Source of the DNA: Hyphomicrobiaceae bacterium
GTDB lineage: Bacteria; Pseudomonadota; Alphaproteobacteria; Rhizobiales; Hyphomicrobiaceae
Reading direction: 5' to 3'
Length of the DNA stretch: 64,000 nucleotides
NCBI GenBank assembly: GCA_031403155.1
Contig: JANNSX010000468.1
Coordinates: 2,185 to 66,184 of the forward strand
In this document: positions 19,115 to 27,795 of the stretch, in pieces
How the letters are laid out: each line of letters begins with the position of its first letter
How positions within the stretch are numbered: the first letter of the stretch is position 1
Program-made: the position numbers and the translations under genes
The notes under the pieces: model-generated
What the model was told of the DNA's origin: nothing
What the model saw: only the letters and a program-made list of their open reading frames with translations
Databases searched by the model: none

Positions 19115-19882
19115 ATGTTGAGGGGCTCGAAGGAAGGTACATTCGATCGCAATTTCCGGTCCTGGGTCGCAGGATTGGTTTTCACAGCAACAGCGTTGGC
19201 CGGGGTGGTGCAGTTGGCGCCATCAGCGCAGGCGGCAGGTGATGGCAAGAGCGCACAGCTTTCAAACGATCTGAGATCCCTGAACATCGCCAACACGAAT
19301 GCCGCTCTGCAGTCGCAGCAGAAAGTCACTGGGACGGCCAAGAAGTCCATGCCGGCGAGAGTCGCCAAGAAGGGTAAGAAGAAGCCGGTGACGAAGGTTG
19401 CCGCGCAGACCAAGAAAGTCGGGCAGAAGGTCAAGCTCACGGCCAAAGTGAAATCTCAGACGGTCGCGACGAAAGTCACCAAGAAGCGCAAGGGCACCAA
19501 GGTCGCCTCGGCGAGCGCCTTCGTCTCGAGCGGCTCGATCAAGAAGTCGCTCGTCAAAAAGGGCGGCAAGCTCAAGGGCAATGTTAGCTGGAACGCACCC
19601 TCGGGCTGTGTGCCGGGCTCACTCAAGAGCGTTCTCTATCAAGTGTCGCAGAAGTTCGGGCCGGTGGTCGTCAACTCCACGGCGCGCGGTCACAAGCACA
19701 ACCGTCGCGTCGGCGGCGCCCGGAAATCCTGGCACCTGAAGTGCATGGCGACCGACTTCCGCGTTCGTGGCAACTCGAAGGGCCTCTATGCCTTTCTCAG
19801 GAGGCATCCGAGCGTCGGCGGCCTGCATCGCTACCCGAGCGGGTTCTTCCACATCGACCTCGGGCCGAAGCGGACCTGGTAG
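19115..19882 (+). CDS. DUF882/YcbK-like peptidase M15A family protein with a K-rich N-terminal region
   Basis: C-terminal SWHLKCMATDFRV...GGLHRYPSGFFHIDLG shows the H..D...H metal-ligand pattern. I chose the ATG at 19115. Confidence 0.7.
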   Translation: MLRGSKEGTFDRNFRSWVAGLVFTATALAGVVQLAPSAQAAGDGKSAQLSNDLRSLNIANTNAALQSQQKVTGTAKKSMPARVAKKGKKKPVTKVAAQTKKVGQKVKLTAKVKSQTVATKVTKKRKGTKVASASAFVSSGSIKKSLVKKGGKLKGNVSWNAPSGCVPGSLKSVLYQVSQKFGPVVVNSTARGHKHNRRVGGARKSWHLKCMATDFRVRGNSKGLYAFLRRHPSVGGLHRYPSGFFHIDLGPKRTW

Positions 19883-20058
19883 TCTGGCCCGTTTTCCGAT
19901 CCTCGTGGATCGGAAAGCCGGTCCAGGTTGTTGGCTTTGAGCACTTTCTTTCGACCAACCGGTGGCCACTTGGTCGGAAAGCGCTCTGGCACCGGCTTGA
20001 CAGACGCTGGCGGGCCCGAGCTGATACGGCTTCGGGCCCGCAGCATTTCTGGAACCGC

Positions 20059-20520
20059 ATGACCTCCGTCTCGATCGCTTTGGAAAGTCCTCGCCAGCCG
20101 GACATCGTCGCCCTCATCCAAGAGCTCGATCGCTGGAACGACGGCCTCTATCCGCCCGAGGCGAGCTATTTGATGAGCCTCGAAGAGCTCGATGTCCCCG
20201 AGGTCCGATTCATAGTCGCCCGGCAGTGGGGCAAGGCGGTTGGCTGCGGGGCGCTCTGGGTCCACGCCGGAGCGTATGGCGAGGTCAAGCGCATGTATTC
20301 GAGCCCCGCCGTTCGCGGGCAGGGGGTCGGCCATCGGCTGTTAGCCGAGATCGAGCGATTGGCTCGTATGGAAGGGCTCCCCGTGCTCCGGCTCGAGACA
20401 GGCGACCGCTCGGACGAAGCGCTGAAGCTCTATCGCCGTGCCGGCTACGAGATTCGCGGGCCCTATGGCGACTATCGAGACCACCCGGCGTCGGTCTTCA
20501 TGGAGAAGCGGCTGACTTGA
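20059..20520 (+). CDS. GNAT family N-acetyltransferase
   Basis: RFIVARQWGKAVGCGALW...VKRMYSSPAVRGQGVGHRLLAEIERLARMEGLPVLRLETG is the acetyl-CoA binding motif. I chose the ATG at 20059. Confidence 0.8.
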   Translation: MTSVSIALESPRQPDIVALIQELDRWNDGLYPPEASYLMSLEELDVPEVRFIVARQWGKAVGCGALWVHAGAYGEVKRMYSSPAVRGQGVGHRLLAEIERLARMEGLPVLRLETGDRSDEALKLYRRAGYEIRGPYGDYRDHPASVFMEKRLT

Positions 20521-20572
20521 CGTTGCCGGGGTCAAGGGCCACCAACGGATATCCCAAAAACCGGAGCCTGCC

Positions 20573-22162
20573 TTGGCCGATCCAACTCCAGCTTCTCGCA
20601 CCGGCCGCAACGTCGCCGAGCTCACCGTCTCGGAGCTTTCCTTCGCCCTGAAGCGGACGGTCGAGGACGCCTACGGGCATGTCCGGTTGCGTGGCGAGGT
20701 CTTCGGCTATCGGGGTCCGCATTCCTCCGGCCATTGCTATTTCTCGCTCAAGGACGAGAAGGCGAAGATCGACGCCGTCGTCTGGAAGGGCATCTTCAAC
20801 GCGCTCCGCTTCAAGCCGGAGGAGGGCCTCGAGGTCGTCGTCACCGGCAAGGTCACGACCTATCCGGGCTCCTCGAAGTATCAGATCGTCATCGAGAGCC
20901 TTGAGCCGGCAGGTGCCGGGGCGCTCATGGCGCTGCTCGAGGAGCGCAAGAAGAAATTCGCGGCCGAGGGTCTGTTCGAGGAAGCGCGCAAGAAACCGCT
21001 GCCGTTCCTGCCCAAGGTCGTCGGCATCGTCACCTCGCCGACCGGCGCCGTCATTCGAGACATGCTGGCGGGTTTCGCCGAGCGGTTTCCGACCCACGTC
21101 GTCATCTGGCCCGTGCGGGTGCAGGGCGAGACCTCGGCCAAGGAGGTGGCGGACGCGATCCGCGGCTTCAATGCCTTCGCACCCGGCGGCCGATTGCCGA
21201 GGCCCGACGTGCTCATCGTCGCGCGCGGCGGCGGCAGCCTGGAGGACCTCTGGGGCTTCAACGAGGAGGTCGTCGTGCGCGCTGCCGCGGCCAGCCGCAT
21301 CCCGATCATTTCCGCCGTCGGCCACGAGACCGATTGGACGCTGATTGATTTGGTTGCCGACGCGCGCGCGCCGACGCCGACGAAGGCGGCTGAATGGGCG
21401 GTGCCGAAGCATTCCGATCTCTTGCAACGGGTCGGCGAGCACGGCGGACGGCTTGCCCTCGTCATCCGCCGCATGCTCGAGGCCGAGCGCCGGCAACTGA
21501 CGATGCTCGCGCGGGCTCTGCCAAAACCCACCGATCTCGTGGCCCTCCCGCGCCAACGCTTCGATGCGGCCGCTGGCCGCCTGCCGCGCGCGCTCTCAGC
21601 CAACACACAAGCGCACGGGACGAGGCTTGCCCGCGTCTCGGGACGGCTGACACCGCAGCTGGTCGGCCAGCGCATCGCCCGCGCCCGGGATCGTCTCGAC
21701 GCCATCGGCCGGTTCTCACGGCAGTTCCTCGGACGCGGGCTGGATTTGCGGCGGGCAAGGCTCGACAAGGCCGGCCTCCGCCTCAAGCCGCAGAGTCTCA
21801 AGCTCGAGTTGCGGCGCGCGGGCCAGCGCAATGTCGAGATCAAAGGGCGCCTCGCCGCCGCCATGTCATCGCGCATCCTGCAAGCGCGCCGGGCGCTCGA
21901 GGCCGAGACCAAGCTACTCTATTCGTTAAGTCATCGCAGCGTGCTGGCGCGCGGCTTTGCGCTGGTTCGCGATGATGCTGGAGAGATGGTTCGCTCTGTG
22001 GGCGCAATTGGCGATGGCCAGCGCCTGGAGCTTGAATTGGCAGACGGGCGGCGGAAAGTTCGAGCGGAAGGAGAGGGGCCTGCGGCGCCGCCGGCCCAGA
22101 GCCGTCCGGCGCGCGGTCCCTCCGGTACGCCGGGCGCTGGTGGACAGGGCCAGCTCTTCTAG
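20573..22162 (+). CDS. xseA: exodeoxyribonuclease VII large subunit
   Basis: LTVSELSFALKRTVEDAYGHVRLRGEVFGYRGPHSSGHCYFSLKDEKAKIDAVVWKG...VGIVTSPTGAVIRD...ARGGGSLEDLWGFNEE. Apparent TTG start. Confidence 0.9.
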   Translation: MADPTPASRTGRNVAELTVSELSFALKRTVEDAYGHVRLRGEVFGYRGPHSSGHCYFSLKDEKAKIDAVVWKGIFNALRFKPEEGLEVVVTGKVTTYPGSSKYQIVIESLEPAGAGALMALLEERKKKFAAEGLFEEARKKPLPFLPKVVGIVTSPTGAVIRDMLAGFAERFPTHVVIWPVRVQGETSAKEVADAIRGFNAFAPGGRLPRPDVLIVARGGGSLEDLWGFNEEVVVRAAAASRIPIISAVGHETDWTLIDLVADARAPTPTKAAEWAVPKHSDLLQRVGEHGGRLALVIRRMLEAERRQLTMLARALPKPTDLVALPRQRFDAAAGRLPRALSANTQAHGTRLARVSGRLTPQLVGQRIARARDRLDAIGRFSRQFLGRGLDLRRARLDKAGLRLKPQSLKLELRRAGQRNVEIKGRLAAAMSSRILQARRALEAETKLLYSLSHRSVLARGFALVRDDAGEMVRSVGAIGDGQRLELELADGRRKVRAEGEGPAAPPAQSRPARGPSGTPGAGGQGQLF

Positions 22163-22201
22163 GCCATAAGCGTGCACTTTATCCGCTGGATCCTTGGGAC
22201 G

Positions 22202-22435
22202 ATGAACCGCTTCGAGAAGTTTTCAGGATACAAGGGCGAAGCGCGAGTGCGCTTCCTCGACGGCGAATTCCAGGTGCTGTCCTCCGGCGATCATGTGCGC
22301 TGCGCCGTCACCGGCGAGCCGATACCGCTCCCCAGTCTGAAATACTGGAACGTCGAGCGGCAGGAAGCCTATCTCAACGCGGCGGTGGCCCTGAAGCGGC
22401 ATCTCGAGACGAAGGCCGGGGCTCAGCGCGGCTGA
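22202..22435 (+). CDS. DUF2093-like small protein
   Basis: GEARVRFLDGEFQVLSSGDHVRCAVTGEPIPLPSLKYWNVERQEAY. The 3' end overlaps the convergent lpxK by 13 nt. Confidence 0.6.
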   Translation: MNRFEKFSGYKGEARVRFLDGEFQVLSSGDHVRCAVTGEPIPLPSLKYWNVERQEAYLNAAVALKRHLETKAGAQRG

Positions 22436-23433
22436 GGTTTTGCCAATCTCCGCAGCTTGTCGATGAGCGCCTGACGGGACTGATCGGGCATCTCAAGTGC
22501 AATGCGAAGCACGCGTGCTGATTTGGCGAGATCGGACAGCGCAGCCGTCCCGTGCAATCGAACGTGATCCTTCTCGGTCGTGACGAGAATTGCCGAAAGC
22601 CGGGTGGCTTCGGCGGCGAGCGGGCGCACGTCGGCGTCCGTGTATTGGTGGTGATCGGGATAGCCGCGGGCCGCCACGACATCAGCGCCGAGAGCCCTCA
22701 GCGTGTTGAAAAACTTCTCCGGCCGGCCGATGCCGGCAAAGGCGGCGACAGGTTTGCCGCGAAGCCAAGAGACATCCTCAAATGCCGCAAGCCGGGCACG
22801 GCAGAGTTGACCTGTCCAGCCCGGCAACGCGACGATCTGGTTTGCATCATCCTCGATGACGACGATCGCGTGCACCAATGGCAGCTGCACCGCGAGCGGC
22901 GCTCTAAGCGGCCCTGCCGGAATGACCAAACCATTTCCGAGACCAGCACCCGCATCGACGACAGCAATCGTCAGGTCCTTCGCCAGCGACGGATTTTGCA
23001 ATCCGTCGTCCATGACGATGACATCGGCATCGAGCGTCTCGATCAGCCGTGCCCCAGCGGCACGGTCGCGAGCAATGATAGTCGGGGCAATATTCGCGAG
23101 CAGCAGCGGCTCGTCGCCTACGGTGCGAGAGTTATCCTTTCCCGCGTCGACCAGATGCGGCCCGGCGATCGATCCGCCATAGCCGCGCGACAGGAACGCC
23201 GGCTTCCGGCCGAGCCTTTTCAGCTCCTCCGCCACCCAGATCGCCGTCGGCGTCTTGCCGGCGCCACCCGCCGTGAAATTGCCAATGCAGATGACCGGGA
23301 GCTTGGAGCGGTAGCCCGGTCGCTTCAGGCAACGTGAAGCGACCGCGCCGTAGATGGCACCAATTGGCCTGAGCGCCTGCGCCAAGGCCGTCGGCGGCTT
23401 GGCCGACCAAAATCTCGGAGCCCTAGGAGGCAC
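22423..23433 (-). CDS. lpxK: tetraacyldisaccharide 4'-kinase
   Basis: PRFWSAKP...VICIGNFTAGGAGKTPTAIWV...FLSRGYGG. There is no in-frame ATG near the conserved N-terminus, so I chose GTG at 23433, which overlaps the waaA stop by 11 nt. Confidence 0.85.
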   Translation of the reverse strand: MPPRAPRFWSAKPPTALAQALRPIGAIYGAVASRCLKRPGYRSKLPVICIGNFTAGGAGKTPTAIWVAEELKRLGRKPAFLSRGYGGSIAGPHLVDAGKDNSRTVGDEPLLLANIAPTIIARDRAAGARLIETLDADVIVMDDGLQNPSLAKDLTIAVVDAGAGLGNGLVIPAGPLRAPLAVQLPLVHAIVVIEDDANQIVALPGWTGQLCRARLAAFEDVSWLRGKPVAAFAGIGRPEKFFNTLRALGADVVAARGYPDHHQYTDADVRPLAAEATRLSAILVTTEKDHVRLHGTAALSDLAKSARVLRIALEMPDQSRQALIDKLRRLAKPQPR

Positions 23434-25450
23434 GATCGAGCCGCTTTGCCACGCCGAGGTAGCTGTCGAGATGTTCAAGTGTGCGATCGAGCGCTCCGGA
23501 GAGCGTGCCGAGTGCCGCTTCGGCCCGCGCCTGCATCGCCCGCCGCTCGCCCTCATCCTGTGACAGTGTCCAAACCGCCGCCGACAGCGCCTCGGCGGAG
23601 GCCACCTCGCGAGCGCCATCGGCTTTGATCAAGGCCCCGAACGCATCCTTGAAGTTCTCCCAATGCGGACCTGTCAGGCAAACGCTGCCGAGTTTCACCG
23701 CTTCGATCGGGTTCTGCCCGCCATGGGGAATAAGCGAGCCGCCGATGAAGGAGATGGGAGCGAGCTTGTAAAAGGTCCCGAGCTCGCCCAGCGTATCGGC
23801 GATATAGATCTGATGCTCCGGCCCCGGTAGCTCGCCCTTCGAGCGCAAGGCGACGCGCGTTCCGCCGGCCGACAAGGCGCGCGCTATCTCGGGTCCGCGC
23901 TCGGGGTGGCGCGGCACGATGATGGCGAGGAGGCGCGGCTGCTTGGCGAGCGACAGGTGGTAAGCGGTCGCGACCTGCTCCTCCTCAACCGCGTGGGTGG
24001 AGGCGGCAAGAAAAACGGGCCGCCCGTCGAGCGAAGCCTCGAGCTTCTGCAGGGCGACATCATCGACGGGTGGCGGCGGAGAATCGATTTTCAGGTTTCC
24101 GGACGTGACAGCGTTGGGCGCGCCGAGCCGCGAGAAGCGCCGGGCCAAAGTGTCGTTTTGCGCGAGCACCAGATCGAAAGCCGAGAAGAGTGTCCGCGCC
24201 ATCGCGCGCTTCTTTTTCCAGCTCTGAAACGATTTCTTGGACATGCGCGCATTGGCGAGCACGAGGGGAATTTTCCGGCGATGCGTCTCGATCACGAGAT
24301 TGGGCCAGACTTCGGACTCAACGAAGATTGCGAGATTGGGCTTCCAATGCTCGAGGAAACGTTCCACGTAGCGCGGAGAGTCGAGCGGCACATACTGGTG
24401 GATCGCGTGGCTAGGCAGCCGCTTGCGGGCAAGCTCGGCCGAGGTCACGGTGCCTGTCGTGAGCAGCACGGTTGCTTCTGGGTGCCGCCGGTCAAGCGCC
24501 TGCACCAGCGGCAGGATGGCGTTCGTCTCGCCGACGCTCGCGGCATGAATCCAGACGAGCCGGCCGGCCGGGCGTGGCAAAGCGGCAAATCCCAGTCTTT
24601 CATCACGTCGGTTCGGGTCTTCTTTCCCCTTGCGTGTACGCCAGGAGAGGATCGCAGGACCAGCGGGCGTCAGTGCTCGGGTGAGGCCGCGATAGGCGAG
24701 AAGCCAGACGCCGCGTTTGGCGTTGCCCACGGGTGAGATGCGTTGTGCGTCAGTTCCGGCCAAGCGATAGGCCCGTTCCGTCACGCCGTTGAGCGCCGTC
24801 TCGACGTCGAGGCGGGTGCGCTCGATCGCTTCGGCGGACAGCTCTCGCGGCACCCGGATCGGCTCGCCGACAGCAACGCCAATGGTCGAATAGGGCAGGT
24901 TGATCGTCATCCGGCTCCAGGTGTCGAGAACCTTCGCGCGGGAGCTCGCTACAGCCACGGGAATAATTGGCCGGCCGGAAAGCCGGGCCAGCGTCACGAT
25001 GCCTTCTCCGGCGCGACGCGCTGGACCCGGGGGCACATCGGCCGTCATGGATAGGGACCGGCCTTCCTCGAGCGTGTTGAGGGCCGCGCGGAGCGCCGAT
25101 GCCCCGCCCCGGTCGCGCTTGCGGTCGCCGGCACCAGCGCCGCGCACGAGCCCCATGTTGAAATGGACGAGGGCCTTGCTCAACAGCTCAGCATCGCCGT
25201 GCTTGGCCACCATGACGTCGACGGGGATTGATGGCGGGCTGAGGGCCGGGATGAGCATGAACTGGCCATGCCAAAAAGCGTAGATGAACGGCCGCTCGGC
25301 ATCGAGGCGCTGGAGCCAGTCGGCGGGATCGGCAACGATCCGGCTCGTCCGGCGAACGAATCGGATGTAGCGCGCCAGCATTGCTCCGGAGGCGGTCGGA
25401 AACGCCTTCCTGCCCTCGATCGGTGCTGCCATAGGGCCCGGCAAATCCAA
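23423..25450 (-). CDS. waaA: DUF374 (lysophospholipid-acyltransferase-like) domain and 3-deoxy-D-manno-octulosonic acid transferase in one reading frame
   Basis: The N-terminal ~230 aa (FIYAFWHGQFMLIP...SMTADVPPGPARRAGEGIVTLARLSGRPIIPV) run without a stop into a KdtA/WaaA body (GKEDPNRRDERLG...LVWIHAASVGETNA). A possible internal GTG start for waaA lies at the SPVGNAKRGVW position. Confidence 0.8.
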   Translation of the reverse strand: MDLPGPMAAPIEGRKAFPTASGAMLARYIRFVRRTSRIVADPADWLQRLDAERPFIYAFWHGQFMLIPALSPPSIPVDVMVAKHGDAELLSKALVHFNMGLVRGAGAGDRKRDRGGASALRAALNTLEEGRSLSMTADVPPGPARRAGEGIVTLARLSGRPIIPVAVASSRAKVLDTWSRMTINLPYSTIGVAVGEPIRVPRELSAEAIERTRLDVETALNGVTERAYRLAGTDAQRISPVGNAKRGVWLLAYRGLTRALTPAGPAILSWRTRKGKEDPNRRDERLGFAALPRPAGRLVWIHAASVGETNAILPLVQALDRRHPEATVLLTTGTVTSAELARKRLPSHAIHQYVPLDSPRYVERFLEHWKPNLAIFVESEVWPNLVIETHRRKIPLVLANARMSKKSFQSWKKKRAMARTLFSAFDLVLAQNDTLARRFSRLGAPNAVTSGNLKIDSPPPPVDDVALQKLEASLDGRPVFLAASTHAVEEEQVATAYHLSLAKQPRLLAIIVPRHPERGPEIARALSAGGTRVALRSKGELPGPEHQIYIADTLGELGTFYKLAPISFIGGSLIPHGGQNPIEAVKLGSVCLTGPHWENFKDAFGALIKADGAREVASAEALSAAVWTLSQDEGERRAMQARAEAALGTLSGALDRTLEHLDSYLGVAKRLDRAS

Positions 25451-25577
25451 TAGGTTGGGGCGCGGTGAGGCGCCACACTTGCTGGGGCCTTCTATACTGG
25501 ATTATCACCCGGAGCCAGAGGATGGCCGGTCGCCGCTTGGAGTAGTGCCGGGCGGGACAGGGAGGCGGACGCGCGGC

Positions 25578-26312
25578 ATGAAAATCGCCAAGACGCAGCG
25601 GCGCCAGCTCCGGCGCGGCATCCGCCGTTTCCGCGACCGGTTGGCCGATGCGTCACCGCTCTGGCTGAGGCGGGCAGCAGGACCTGCCGTCGACACGCTC
25701 GATATGCTTTTCGTCGATCACGGCATCTTCCGCGTGCTTTATCTGAACCGGCACGAGATTGCGCCCGGCGCGTGGCGCTCGGCCCAGCCCGCGCCGCACG
25801 ATCTGCGCCGCTGCGCGCGCGACGGGATAAAGACGATCGTGAACCTGCGGGGTGTGCGCGATTGCGGCGCCTACCGGCTCGAAGTGAAGACGTGTCAGGC
25901 GACAGGCCTCAAGCTCGTCGACTTCCCGGTGAAGTCGCGGGCAACGCCGGAGCCGGAGCTCATTGCATCCGCCGCGAAACTGTTTCGCGAGATCGAGTAT
26001 CCGATCCTGATGCATTGCAAGTCGGGTGCCGATCGCGCGGGCCTGATGGCGACGCTCTACATGATTCTCAAGGAGCGTCTGCCGGTGGCGGAGGCCGCAA
26101 AGCAGCTCGACTGGCGCTATGGTCACTTCCGGCAGGCCAACACCGGCATTCTCGATAATGTTTTCGAGCACTATCTCGCGGACCATCCGAAGGGCGACGT
26201 GCCGTTCGAAGCCTGGGCCGCGACCCGCTACGATCCGGAAGCCGTGCGCACGTCCTTCAAGGCCAAGGGTTGGGCGAATTTCATCGTCAATCGCGTGCTG
26301 TTCCGCGAGTAG
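25578..26312 (+). CDS. protein tyrosine/dual-specificity phosphatase family protein
   Basis: CX5R active site HCKSGADRAG. I chose the ATG at 25578. Confidence 0.75.
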   Translation: MKIAKTQRRQLRRGIRRFRDRLADASPLWLRRAAGPAVDTLDMLFVDHGIFRVLYLNRHEIAPGAWRSAQPAPHDLRRCARDGIKTIVNLRGVRDCGAYRLEVKTCQATGLKLVDFPVKSRATPEPELIASAAKLFREIEYPILMHCKSGADRAGLMATLYMILKERLPVAEAAKQLDWRYGHFRQANTGILDNVFEHYLADHPKGDVPFEAWAATRYDPEAVRTSFKAKGWANFIVNRVLFRE

Positions 26313-26323
26313 GACGAAGTGGG

Positions 26324-27195
26324 TCAGGCGACGACCTCGAGCAGGATCGCGCTCGCATCGTCGTGCGGCTTCGTGCGTGGCACGTGCACGCAATCGCCGT
26401 CGGCCCGCTCCATTTCGCGCAACTCCTCGGCAATCGAGGCAAGGCCCGCGTTGCCGCAAACGCCAATGAGATCCGACGATGCATAGCGGCCGAACAGATC
26501 CGAGATGCGCATGAAGCCGTCGGTGGCGAGCAGCACGCGGGTTCCCGCTACGACCGAATGCCGGCCGGTGCGCGAGAACTGCGGCGGCACCGGGATAACG
26601 CTGAAGACCCCGTAGCCATCGGCGGTGTTGAGCCTGGCACGGGCGGTGCGAAATCTCGGCTTGAAGTGCTGACGCGCCTCCCGCCAGCCGGCGCCCTTGG
26701 TCTCGGCGCGATAGGTCTGCATGACCTCAATGACAGGCTTGTCGCTGATCCTGACGCGCGGATCGTGACCGAGCTCGATGACCGCCTCTCCCGGAGTCGC
26801 GGCGAAGCATTGGCAGTCGGCGAGCGCGAGGTAATCGAGATGAGCATCGGCAAGGCGTACGATGAACCCGGCCGCCGAAGGGTATTCGTGCGGATCGCAG
26901 GGCGGTCGACGCTGCCCGCGAGCGAACTCTTGGGCGGCGCTCGCGGTCAACTCAGCGACCAACTCGTCGAGCGATGCAACCGGCATCGCGCTGCGATTCT
27001 TCAATTCATCATCGAGGAAACCGGCAATCCACGCCGCATCGCTGCCGCCCGGCATCAACGGCTCGGCCAAAACGTCGGTCGCGCCATCGATGGCCCAGGC
27101 CAAAGCCCCGACGGCCCCGACGCGGTCGTCGTTCACTTTGCCGCTCGAGAGCGAGATCTGGTCGAGGACCTTGAGGCGCAAACCGCTCGAATCCA
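26324..27195 (-). CDS. PP2C-like (PP2C_2-type) domain protein
   Basis: VNDDRVGAVGALAWAIDGATD...PSAAGFIVRL...LALADCQ...VLLATDGFMRISD resembles the bacterial PP2C-like family. I chose the ATG at 27195. Confidence 0.55.
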
Positions 27196-27382
27196 TTTTC
27201 TTGTATCGTGGTCCGAGACTTACCGATTCTCTGCCGTCGCCGACAGCACAGCTTAGCGTCGCCGGCAATCGATGGCCGCGCTGTGGCGTTCCAGGCACGC
27301 AGCAAGACTCTTGCTTGCCGATTCGCCGGCAAACCCGGCGCCGTCTTGACTCTCCCCGAGGCGTCTGGCTCGATGAACACGC

Positions 27383-27580
27383 TTGTTGGTTCCTCGCGCC
27401 GGTTCCGGTGCGAGGTGAAAAGGGAACACGGTCAGCGACGCGGCGGTCCAAACGCCGTAGCCAATCCGTGGCTGCCCCCGCAACTGTAAGCGGCGAGCTC
27501 GCCGGCACCCAGCCACTGGCCGAAAGGCCGGGAAGGCGCCGGCAGCGATCGAGCCGTGAGCCAGGAGACCTGCCAACAGC
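27383..27580 (+). promoter_or_regulatory. cobalamin (B12) riboswitch
   Basis: ggttcc...ggtg...gaaaagggaacacggt...aatccgtggctgcccccgcaactgtaa...gccactg...gggaaggc... followed by the B12 box gagccaggagacctgcc (27558-27574). It lies upstream of a TonB-dependent receptor. Confidence 0.88.
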
Positions 27581-27795
27581 GGTCGCCCATCCCGTGCGCG
27601 GGGCGTGCACAGGAGCGGACACCCGTAGTGGCGACACGTGTCTCGTGCCGAAAGGCGCATGGGTGTCTGCGGGTTGGGAAGCAGTCTGATCGGGCCGTCG
27701 AGCCGCCACAGGTGGGCGCCGCCCGGACCAGCACCAGCACATCCTCACGTCTTCAGGCCCGCGGCGTTTGTCATCGCCATCGTGGGGGTTTGCTC

